20,000 nucleotides of DNA from an uncultured virus (IMG/VR IMGVR_UViG_3300021255_001403) (taxonomy: Duplodnaviria > Heunggongvirae > Uroviricota > Caudoviricetes): IMG/VR virus record IMGVR_UViG_3300021255_001403; one strand, written 5' to 3'. The position numbers and the translations under genes were made by a program. Below are positions 1 through 7,508 of the stretch, piece by piece (the first letter of the stretch is position 1; the number at the start of each line of letters is the position of its first letter). The notes under the pieces are model-generated. The model was given only the letters and a program-made list of their open reading frames with translations. It ran no database searches and had not been told where the DNA came from.

Positions 1-968
1 GGGCTAATGACCTTGAAGGATTTGAAATATCTTCTCGTCCTATTAGTCTTAATGCTTCTATTGATAGAGACCATAAGATTGAAGAAGATCTTTCTGTAAC
101 TTGGGGTTTGCAGTATAGTGGTGTACCTATTGAGATTGCTCCTTTCTATGGTCAGGAACTTATTAAACTCAATCCTGAAGTTACTAACTTCCAGACTGTA
201 GCAGGTCTTCGTACTATCTTCTCTCTCTTATATAAGCATTTCACGATTAAGAATAAACCGAAGTTTGAAACTTGGTTACGTCAGATATCTGACTATGATA
301 TTGACTGCATGATCTTTGGTGCTTATTATGCATCTTTCCGTGATAATAACTTCCTTACTTATGAATGCCCGAAATGCCATAAAGCATTTATTGAAAAGAA
401 AGATTGTAAGGATATGGTTGTTTATCCGAATGATAAAGTTAAAGAACGCTTTGCTAGTATTCTTAAGAAAGATACTGTTGGTACTAAACTCTATAAGACT
501 AAGCCGATTAAGATTAATGATAAATATGCTGTAGGATTTGTTACCCAGTCTATATACAGTAACATGTTTGAACCTGCTGCTCTTAGTGATGATTTCAAGA
601 AGAAATATGCTACTATTATCAATATCATGCCTAATATTGATCGTGTATATCGTATCAATTATGATACCCATAAACTCGATCCGATTATGTTTGGTGTAAT
701 CGAAGGAGATATCACTAAGACTGTACAGCGTAAGGTTAAGGGTCTTAATACTATTATCTCTAGCTTTACTCCTGATGAACGTTCTTTACTTATTGCTGAA
801 GCAGATAAGATTTCTCGAGTATTTGATGCTGACGTTATTAGGTATCAGATTCCGTCTACTGTATGCCCTGAATGTGGTACTAAGATTAAGGGTGTGCAGG
901 AAAGTCCTCTTAACCTCCTTTTTATGCGTGCTCAATTACCGATCGTAGCAGCCTCTATTCCCGAGTAA
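1..968 (+). CDS. 5'-truncated Zn-ribbon protein, T4 gp26/gp51-like baseplate hub or tail assembly chaperone candidate
   Basis: Frame is open from position 3 (ANDLEGFEISSRP...), so the true start lies upstream of the window. Two CxxC pairs (YECPKC, TVCPECG), the second close to a C-terminal 'LLF', as in gp26-like myophage proteins. Function inferred from motif layout. Confidence 0.55.
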   Translation, partial: ANDLEGFEISSRPISLNASIDRDHKIEEDLSVTWGLQYSGVPIEIAPFYGQELIKLNPEVTNFQTVAGLRTIFSLLYKHFTIKNKPKFETWLRQISDYDIDCMIFGAYYASFRDNNFLTYECPKCHKAFIEKKDCKDMVVYPNDKVKERFASILKKDTVGTKLYKTKPIKINDKYAVGFVTQSIYSNMFEPAALSDDFKKKYATIINIMPNIDRVYRINYDTHKLDPIMFGVIEGDITKTVQRKVKGLNTIISSFTPDERSLLIAEADKISRVFDADVIRYQIPSTVCPECGTKIKGVQESPLNLLFMRAQLPIVAASIPE

Positions 969-970
969 GC

Positions 971-1144
971 ATGATCTGCGACGATAATAAGGGCAAAATG
1001 ACTTTCGGGGAAGTTTTAGGCTATAATCTTGGATTACTCCAGTATTTATGGGTTAAAGCTTTGAAGAATCTGAAAAGGATGAAGGGGTCTACTAATAAAT
1101 CATCTGGGGCTAGCAGTCTTGCTGAAGTTATTGCAGACCTCTAA
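971..1144 (+). CDS. 57-aa ORF (MICDDNKGKMTFGEVLGYNLGLLQYLWVKALKNLKRMKG...), possibly the frameshifted C-terminal extension of the upstream gene
   Basis: Not in the ORF track. ATG 971 to TAA 1142-1144 fills the gap between neighbours. It lies in the -1 frame, which is open from 914. No clear SD. Confidence 0.65.
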   Translation: MICDDNKGKMTFGEVLGYNLGLLQYLWVKALKNLKRMKGSTNKSSGASSLAEVIADL

Positions 1145-1162
1145 TGTAAGAGGAGGATATCA

Positions 1163-1474
1163 ATGAATCTCATTCAGTTTTACGAGAAAATATCCTCTGA
1201 CAATACTACTGTGGGAAATACTGCGTATTTCTCAGAAGAAGTAACAATATTCAATATACTTAATGGTACTTTTCCAGATGAAGATATATTACATATTGGC
1301 ATCATGAGTGATGCAAATCCAACGTTCAAAATAACTTTAAGGAACGAGACTATTGCTTCTTGTGCTGAGGATAATATGAAAGACCAAATAGTTCAAGGTG
1401 CTTACTACCCCTTATATCGTATCTCAGTTAATAGGGAAGGAAGCACTTTATATATAAAGCTAATTCAATTATAA
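1163..1474 (+). CDS. hypothetical protein, 103 aa
   Basis: AGAGGAGG SD upstream of ATG; followed by a terminator hairpin. Confidence 0.85.
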   Translation: MNLIQFYEKISSDNTTVGNTAYFSEEVTIFNILNGTFPDEDILHIGIMSDANPTFKITLRNETIASCAEDNMKDQIVQGAYYPLYRISVNREGSTLYIKLIQL

Positions 1475-1487
1475 ATCAAATAAAATG

Positions 1488-1514
1488 CACCCAGGGATAA
1501 ATAATCCCTGGGTG
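1488..1514. terminator. bidirectional intrinsic terminator
   Basis: CACCCAGGGAT / ATCCCTGGGTG 11-bp stem between convergent genes, A-rich on the left and T-rich on the right. Confidence 0.85.
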
Positions 1515-1522
1515 TTTATTTT

Positions 1523-1996
1523 TTATCCAATTTTACGATCTATTGCCATCTTACTATACTTATTTTGTACATTACCCAATTCTTCTTCGATTCTATAATC
1601 TTTGTGGAATAATTTGTAGATATCTTCAATATCTTCTTTACTCCTATACTCATCATATTTATCATCGGCGAAGAATTCTTTTTCAGCTACAGCAAATACC
1701 ATTCCCATAGCATAAGATGGTTCTAATAGTGTAACTAATTCAAATCCCTTATTCTTACTTTTAGCAGAGAACTTATATTCGCAATCACATCTATTACTTA
1801 TAGAAGCTCTTAATATAAGTTCATAATTACCACTTCTAAAAATATATACTCTCATACTAAGAATATTATCAGTTCTCTTACACAAACAAACCATCTTAGA
1901 ATTCTTAAGTTTATTTTTTGGTCTAGCAATATAAGACCTATCAAACGGACTGAGTTTATTAATAGTAAAGGAAACTACTTTATCAGATTTGCTCAT
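1523..1996 (-). CDS. hypothetical protein, 157 aa
   Basis: Purine-rich SD (AGAAGAGAGAG) upstream; last gene of a three-gene minus-strand cluster. Confidence 0.8.
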   Translation of the reverse strand: MSKSDKVVSFTINKLSPFDRSYIARPKNKLKNSKMVCLCKRTDNILSMRVYIFRSGNYELILRASISNRCDCEYKFSAKSKNKGFELVTLLEPSYAMGMVFAVAEKEFFADDKYDEYRSKEDIEDIYKLFHKDYRIEEELGNVQNKYSKMAIDRKIG

Positions 1997-2020
1997 TTTA
2001 CTCTCTCTTCTTTCTCTTAT

Positions 2021-2548
2021 TTATTCGATATCATCCATTTCAGTACCATAAGTATATGAGAATGATTCTAATATCTCTTGAACTAATTTATCATTATCAT
2101 CTAATTTCTCTATACGATACATACTATCAAAGATTTCAGATAATACTCCAAGGATATTATTAAAATCAATATTGAAATGATTCTTAGATATCTTCAATCC
2201 GAATACATAAGCAAATAACTCATCAGTTAATTCTTTTTCGTTATTATACTCAGATTCAGTATAATCTGTAACCACTTTCATTTCCCCAGTTTTCTTAATA
2301 TTAAAATAAAACTGGAAATTTAGCATATGTGCTTTATTAATAGAATCTGAATCATCTTTAAATACTGGTACCATTCCATAGTCTATAAATGTGTATATAG
2401 GAACAGTATCGTCAGATAAAGGATCACTAAAGTAATCATTTATCTTTGGTACAAACCCTGCATGGCAGATACTATTATCTACCTTTCTTCTAGTGATAAA
2501 GATATCTAATTTCCCTTTATCATCTTCACTAAACATGAATAGAGCCAT
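2021..2548 (-). CDS. hypothetical acidic protein, 175 aa
   Basis: AAGGAG SD upstream of ATG; tight packing with neighbours. Confidence 0.85.
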   Translation of the reverse strand: MALFMFSEDDKGKLDIFITRRKVDNSICHAGFVPKINDYFSDPLSDDTVPIYTFIDYGMVPVFKDDSDSINKAHMLNFQFYFNIKKTGEMKVVTDYTESEYNNEKELTDELFAYVFGLKISKNHFNIDFNNILGVLSEIFDSMYRIEKLDDNDKLVQEILESFSYTYGTEMDDIE

Positions 2549-2561
2549 TTACTAACTCCTT

Positions 2562-3305
2562 TTATAGATCTCTTATTTCATCAAAAAGACCAAATACTTT
2601 CTTTATTCTTGTAGTAGTTTTCTTAGTAAAGCTAGTAAGTCTTGTATTATACTCGTTGAAGAAGTATTTAGAATCTTCTATACACATTTCTCTGAATTCT
2701 TTAAGTTTCATATTTTCATAAGTCTTATATTTATTAGTATCAGCAAATACTCTTTCTAATCTTATATAATGAAGAGGATTACATGGTTTACCTTCGGCTT
2801 TATCTAATTCAGATACTAAACAAGAAGACTTAATAGTCCCAAAATCTACTACATTATCACATTTTCTTCTTACAGTAAAACTCTTACATATTTCAATATA
2901 CCTAGAAGTTACATCCAAAGTACAAATATTAGAATCACCAAAATCAGGATTATTCATATCTTCAAATAAATCAAAACATGGTGTAGTATCAATACATTCA
3001 TTAGGAACAATCTTTCTTGTATACGGATCAAACTGGAATCTCATATGATAACCAATATTGATTTTATTTCCTACTAATGCATCATATCCTAAATTCACAT
3101 CTTTAAGAGTTAGATTATTAAATTCTTTTTCTGTGGTATTCAGATTCAGTATGGTGTATTCATTAATAGGTGGTACTGTATATTGGGAATTTAGCTCTTG
3201 ATAAAATCTAGTTAACTCTAGTGCTGCTTCAGCCTCTTTCTTATTTTTAATATCATAGAAATTCCCTGCAAAATAGACTACATACCCTTTGTTAATTTTA
3301 CTCAT
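2562..3305 (-). CDS. hypothetical protein, 247 aa
   Basis: AAAAGGAGAG SD upstream; long ORF with no recognisable motif. Confidence 0.85.
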   Translation of the reverse strand: MSKINKGYVVYFAGNFYDIKNKKEAEAALELTRFYQELNSQYTVPPINEYTILNLNTTEKEFNNLTLKDVNLGYDALVGNKINIGYHMRFQFDPYTRKIVPNECIDTTPCFDLFEDMNNPDFGDSNICTLDVTSRYIEICKSFTVRRKCDNVVDFGTIKSSCLVSELDKAEGKPCNPLHYIRLERVFADTNKYKTYENMKLKEFREMCIEDSKYFFNEYNTRLTSFTKKTTTRIKKVFGLFDEIRDL

Positions 3306-3383
3306 AATTAACTCACTCTCCTTTTCTTATTTTCTAGTTATTGTGTATATAAATATTTAAAACCGTGTAAAATTGTAGCGGGA

Positions 3384-3395
3384 GACATTTAATTA
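3384..3395 (+). promoter_or_regulatory. putative phage late promoter GACA-N6-TA
   Basis: GACAtttaatTA, 34 nt before the RNAP gene start; same spacing as seven other sites. Confidence 0.6.
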
Positions 3396-3429
3396 AATAT
3401 CCTTAGATTACGATTTAGGAGGTTTTGTA

Positions 3430-5172
3430 ATGGAAATCTTTGAAGAAGCTGCAGATAAAAAAGAAAAGCATCTACGAATATCTCCGTTAAATACAGAGCA
3501 ATTTATTAAAGTAAATGAATTGTTAGAAATAGATGACCCTATATTCTTTGCTAGATCTAATATGCCTACAGAAAGAGGTTTATTATCTAACGAAATATTT
3601 GGTATTACTAAAGAAGATAGAACTACGATATTTGCTTATATACATTTAGCCGGAGAAACTTTTATGCATCCATTAGCATATAAGATCTGGAGTAAATTAG
3701 ATTCCAATATCCCATCTTGTATTGCTGAGTTAGATACCTATAAAGTAGATAAAGAAACAGGTAAACTTATACCAGATCCTAATGGAGAGAATGGTATAAA
3801 GTTTTTACAAAAAGTAATAAAGACTATTAACTTTAAAACCAATAAATCTGCTAAGAGATTAGTTAAGACTACATTTCTAGAAAAATATAGAGATAAATTG
3901 TTTATAGATGACTTTGTAGTTATACCAGCAGGATATCGAGACGTAGATACAGAAATTGGTGGTAGAATTGGTGTTGGTGAAATAAATAAAATGTACGATG
4001 CTATCATCAGAGATTGTAAAGCATTAAAAGAATCTGATGATTATGGATTATCATTAAATGGATCATTAAGATTACGTATACAAAAAGGAATAGTATCTGT
4101 ATACGATTTCTTATGCTTTGGTAGAGATACTAAAGGTGTAGATTCCCAAGCATCAGGCTTATCAAGAAAATTAGGTCTTATTAGACGAGCTGGTATGAAG
4201 AAGTCTTTCGACTGGGGTGCTCGTCTAGTTATCTGTACTCAGAATCTAAGAAAAGAGAATTTATCTGATATACTCATAGACTTAGACTCTATTGGTTTAC
4301 CATTAGCGGCTATATGTGCTAACTATTATCCTTATATGATATTCTGGATAAGAACTTGGTTTGAAAATAATCTTACTGATAAAGAAGATATACTTGTAGT
4401 AGACCCTAAAAAGAAAACTGCTGTTAAAGGTGAATTACAAGACTGGAGAGAATACTATTCTGATGAAAGAATCAAACAAGAGTTAGATAGATTCCTTCAT
4501 GGTTCTTCTACTCGTCTTAATGCTATAGAAGCTCCTGTATCTGATGAATATAAACGTAAGAATACTAAAGCATATCTTATGTTTAAGGGTTATATGGTTC
4601 CAGATGAAGCTGTAGCTAAGCAGTATGAAAAACAAGACTCTCCTATAGCTGATGAAGAATATATGAAATTCTCTATACAAGAAAGACCACTTACTTGGTG
4701 TGATCTATTTTATAGAGCTGCTATGGATGTAACTAAAGATAGAACGGTATTAGTATCTCGTTTCCCTATTGATAGTTACTATAACCAGTATCCAGCTAAA
4801 GTTAAAGTAGTATCTACTAATGAAACTGAACCAATGATAGTAAATGGTACTTTCTTCAAATTATATCCCAAGATAAGAATAGAGGATATAAACCAAGATA
4901 CTTCAAATAAGTTCGTAGATGTAGCATTACCTAATAACGTACGTCTTGATTCTATTGGTGGTGACTTTGATGGTGATACTGTATCATCTAAAGCAGTTTA
5001 TTCTATAGAATCTAATGATGAGTTATTAAATGCTATCAATTCTAAAAAACATTATATCTCTCTCGGTGGTGAGAATATAATGTATACGTCTAAAGAATGT
5101 ATCCAATCATTATATAATCTCACTCTTGTATTACCTGACGATAAACCCAAGCTTACTGAAGCAAAATTTTAG
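3430..5172 (+). CDS. rpoC: phage multisubunit RNA polymerase beta-prime N-terminal subunit with catalytic motif, probably the virion RNAP
   Basis: GLLSNEIFG...FAYIHL...HP (beta-prime region A), VVIPAGYRD, GLIRR...GARLVI, SRFP, and GGDFDGD (NADFDGD equivalent). The protein ends soon after the catalytic loop, i.e. a split beta-prime as in phiKZ/AR9-type phages. AGGAGG SD. Confidence 0.93.
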   Translation: MEIFEEAADKKEKHLRISPLNTEQFIKVNELLEIDDPIFFARSNMPTERGLLSNEIFGITKEDRTTIFAYIHLAGETFMHPLAYKIWSKLDSNIPSCIAELDTYKVDKETGKLIPDPNGENGIKFLQKVIKTINFKTNKSAKRLVKTTFLEKYRDKLFIDDFVVIPAGYRDVDTEIGGRIGVGEINKMYDAIIRDCKALKESDDYGLSLNGSLRLRIQKGIVSVYDFLCFGRDTKGVDSQASGLSRKLGLIRRAGMKKSFDWGARLVICTQNLRKENLSDILIDLDSIGLPLAAICANYYPYMIFWIRTWFENNLTDKEDILVVDPKKKTAVKGELQDWREYYSDERIKQELDRFLHGSSTRLNAIEAPVSDEYKRKNTKAYLMFKGYMVPDEAVAKQYEKQDSPIADEEYMKFSIQERPLTWCDLFYRAAMDVTKDRTVLVSRFPIDSYYNQYPAKVKVVSTNETEPMIVNGTFFKLYPKIRIEDINQDTSNKFVDVALPNNVRLDSIGGDFDGDTVSSKAVYSIESNDELLNAINSKKHYISLGGENIMYTSKECIQSLYNLTLVLPDDKPKLTEAKF

Positions 5173-5186
5173 TTAATTCCATATAA

Positions 5187-5213
5187 ATGGGGTAGTCATA
5201 TAGACTACCCCAT
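5187..5213 (+). terminator. intrinsic terminator-like hairpin
   Basis: ATGGGGTAGTC / GACTACCCCAT 11-bp stem after the RNAP gene, followed by GAATTTT. Confidence 0.75.
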
Positions 5214-5228
5214 GAATTTTGTATCCTT

Positions 5229-5240
5229 GACATTAGCATA
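5229..5240 (+). promoter_or_regulatory. putative phage late promoter GACA-N6-TA
   Basis: GACAttagcaTA between the terminator and the AGGAGG SD of 5261. Confidence 0.6.
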
Positions 5241-5260
5241 ACTTGATAGGAGGTTAAAAA

Positions 5261-6568
5261 ATGAAGCGGTCTACTATACCTATAGAAAAAGTTAATCTTC
5301 GGAAATCTCACACCGAAGATAAAGAACTTTGTCTAAATAATAAACATGCCTATCCATATTTAATTAATGAACAAGATAATCTATCTATTTACCATATAAG
5401 AGATTGTTTGAATAACTGGAACAGTTATTCCAGTAGTCTTAAATCAAATATCCATAGAGTATCTCAATTACTTAATATGACTGAATCTAAACTACCAGAT
5501 TATATCAATGAAGTAGAAGATACTATATCCAATTATATAATCCCTTATGTAGATAACCCAAATTTTTATACTAGACTATTTGAGAATAGTAAGACTATTA
5601 AAGACTCTATAAAAGAGCAAGTAGAATGTGATAGATTACTTAGCAATTATAATGCTATATCAAAACGGTTTAATATAGATAAACACTTTATTTATGGCAT
5701 AAATGAGAATAGATCACTTACAGATATCATATACTCATTTTGTGATATGATAGATACTTATGATAGTGATTATAAAACCAAATTCTGTATAGCTACAGAA
5801 TGTGCTTTATATATAAATGATAAGAATTATCTGAATATACCAACCAGAGCTATTATTGAGAATATTATAGATTACCATCTTATGCAGTATGGTAATAGGA
5901 ATATGGAAAAATTTGTAGATAATATGAAAGATAGTATAGAGAAAGATTGCTTTATAGATGAATCTGCTGAAGAGTATATAGACTTTCTTAATGACGTATA
6001 TACTCATATGAATGAAGATATATACTCCGAGGATATAGAAAACCATTTTAACTCCAATTCAGATATTACTATTGTAGAAGCGTATGATGAGTATAATAAT
6101 CTATCTAACTCTTTAAAGAATCTTTATGAGAGTGCTATGCTAGATAAAGCTGATAGACTTATTGCTAGATATAAAATATCTCTTATCAAGAATAAGAAAA
6201 CTATCGAGAATGCTATAAAGTCTTTATTAGTAGTACACAGATTGAGAGATATAAAGAAGGGTACTTCGAATGCATTATCATTAGTATTCTTCTCAGCTCT
6301 TATGGGAGGAGCATTTGCATTTGGTGCTATTCCTGGAATACTCGGATTAATAACTACTTATACTTTACAACAATCTATCCAAGAAGTTTATCTAAGAGAT
6401 TCTATCAAAGCTTGGGAGAATCATAAAGAAATGGTAGAGAATAAATTAGATAGTACTTATGATAATGATACCAAGAAGAAACTGATATCTTATATAGCTG
6501 AATTGGATAATAATATAGATTTACTGAAAGAGAAATTAGTCGAATATGACTCCGAAAGGAGAGAATGA
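5261..6568 (+). CDS. putative virion (inner head) protein with a hydrophobic segment, 435 aa
   Basis: AGGAGG SD; late-type promoter; in the head module; IVEA and LYESA candidate protease sites; hydrophobic stretch ALSLVFFSALMGGAFAFGAIPGILGLI followed by a coiled-coil-like tail. Confidence 0.6.
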   Translation: MKRSTIPIEKVNLRKSHTEDKELCLNNKHAYPYLINEQDNLSIYHIRDCLNNWNSYSSSLKSNIHRVSQLLNMTESKLPDYINEVEDTISNYIIPYVDNPNFYTRLFENSKTIKDSIKEQVECDRLLSNYNAISKRFNIDKHFIYGINENRSLTDIIYSFCDMIDTYDSDYKTKFCIATECALYINDKNYLNIPTRAIIENIIDYHLMQYGNRNMEKFVDNMKDSIEKDCFIDESAEEYIDFLNDVYTHMNEDIYSEDIENHFNSNSDITIVEAYDEYNNLSNSLKNLYESAMLDKADRLIARYKISLIKNKKTIENAIKSLLVVHRLRDIKKGTSNALSLVFFSALMGGAFAFGAIPGILGLITTYTLQQSIQEVYLRDSIKAWENHKEMVENKLDSTYDNDTKKKLISYIAELDNNIDLLKEKLVEYDSERRE

Positions 6569-6571
6569 TAT

Positions 6572-7336
6572 ATGGGGTTATTTGAATCTTTTATATTAAG
6601 AGAAGCTGGAGAATCTGCAGATAAGAAACCATTTAAAATGGCTGGTGGTGAAGAGCAGGTACCAATGCGTCAAAATACACCAGACTTTACACAACCACAA
6701 TCTCAACAGCAAGAACCTCCTGCTGAGGATGCTGCTGATGGAGCAGCTCCTCCTCAAGATGCTGGTGGTGATCCTGCAGCACAAGGTGAAGAAGAAGCAC
6801 CTCCAGAAGAAGGAGGAGAAGAGGGTGCTCCTGAAGATCCTAATGCTGCTGGTGATATGGCTGGTGGAGAAGAAATGGGCCCACAAAATGCTGAGGAAGA
6901 ATTACAGCAAGATGAGAAAGAAGTCTTTGCTGATTTGAAACCTGAGCAGATGGCAATTAAAGTAAAAGAATTAAAAGATCAATATGCAACTCTTCATCAG
7001 ATTATAATGGATAATCTTGAGAAGATAAATAAGATTTCCCATACGACTTATGATGATGCTTTATTAGATCTTATTGTAAGAAAAATGGCATTACTTAAGT
7101 CTATGATAAGAGATTCTTTGGATAAGACTTTTGCTACTAGAACCTATGCTGAGAATAAAGAGGCTTTAGCAAGATTTACGATTACTTATAATGAGTTAGA
7201 GATTCTTTTAAGGAATATTCATCAAGCTAGATTAGATAGAGCTGATGCTCTTGCTGAAAGAAATAATAAAACCACTAAAAAAGGTAAGACACCAGAGTTC
7301 CCAACTTTATTTACACGGGGTTATGATGTACAATAA
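6572..7336 (+). CDS. putative prohead core/scaffolding protein, 254 aa
   Basis: AAAGGAG SD; acidic E/D/G/P/A/Q low-complexity N-terminal half and helical C-terminal half; LFES and LREA candidate cleavage sites; immediately upstream of the capsid gene. Confidence 0.55.
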   Translation: MGLFESFILREAGESADKKPFKMAGGEEQVPMRQNTPDFTQPQSQQQEPPAEDAADGAAPPQDAGGDPAAQGEEEAPPEEGGEEGAPEDPNAAGDMAGGEEMGPQNAEEELQQDEKEVFADLKPEQMAIKVKELKDQYATLHQIIMDNLEKINKISHTTYDDALLDLIVRKMALLKSMIRDSLDKTFATRTYAENKEALARFTITYNELEILLRNIHQARLDRADALAERNNKTTKKGKTPEFPTLFTRGYDVQ

Positions 7337-7363
7337 CTTTTACCTTTTAAAATTAGCTGTATA

Positions 7364-7375
7364 AACATTACTATA
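7364..7375 (+). promoter_or_regulatory. putative phage late promoter AACA-N6-TA
   Basis: AACAttactaTA upstream of the capsid gene leader; exact AR9-type late consensus. Confidence 0.7.
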
Positions 7376-7508
7376 ATACCAGTAGTGCCGAAATTAACCC
7401 TATGCAAGTTTGGGTGAGCTTAAATGCACTATTGGATTAATTATATGAATTTTACGAACTCTTGATAAGAAAGTTAATAGATCAAGGGAAATAAAGGAGG
7501 AAAACGTC

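Noticed and set aside
5227..5232. Perfect TTGACA host -35 hexamers at 5227 and 11080
   Set aside because: No convincing -10 element at 16-18 nt spacing; better explained as GACA-N6-TA phage promoters.
6566..6574. ORFs 5261-6568 and 6572-7336 are in the same frame separated by TGA-TAT, suggesting read-through or TGA recoding
   Set aside because: The second ORF has its own AAAGGAG SD, and TGA ends other genes normally (10855, 13253, 14884). No evidence for an alternative genetic code.
6660..6900. GC-richer repetitive stretch (GCTGGTGGT, GAAGAA)
   Set aside because: Simply encodes the low-complexity acidic linker of the scaffold-like protein; not a DNA repeat element.
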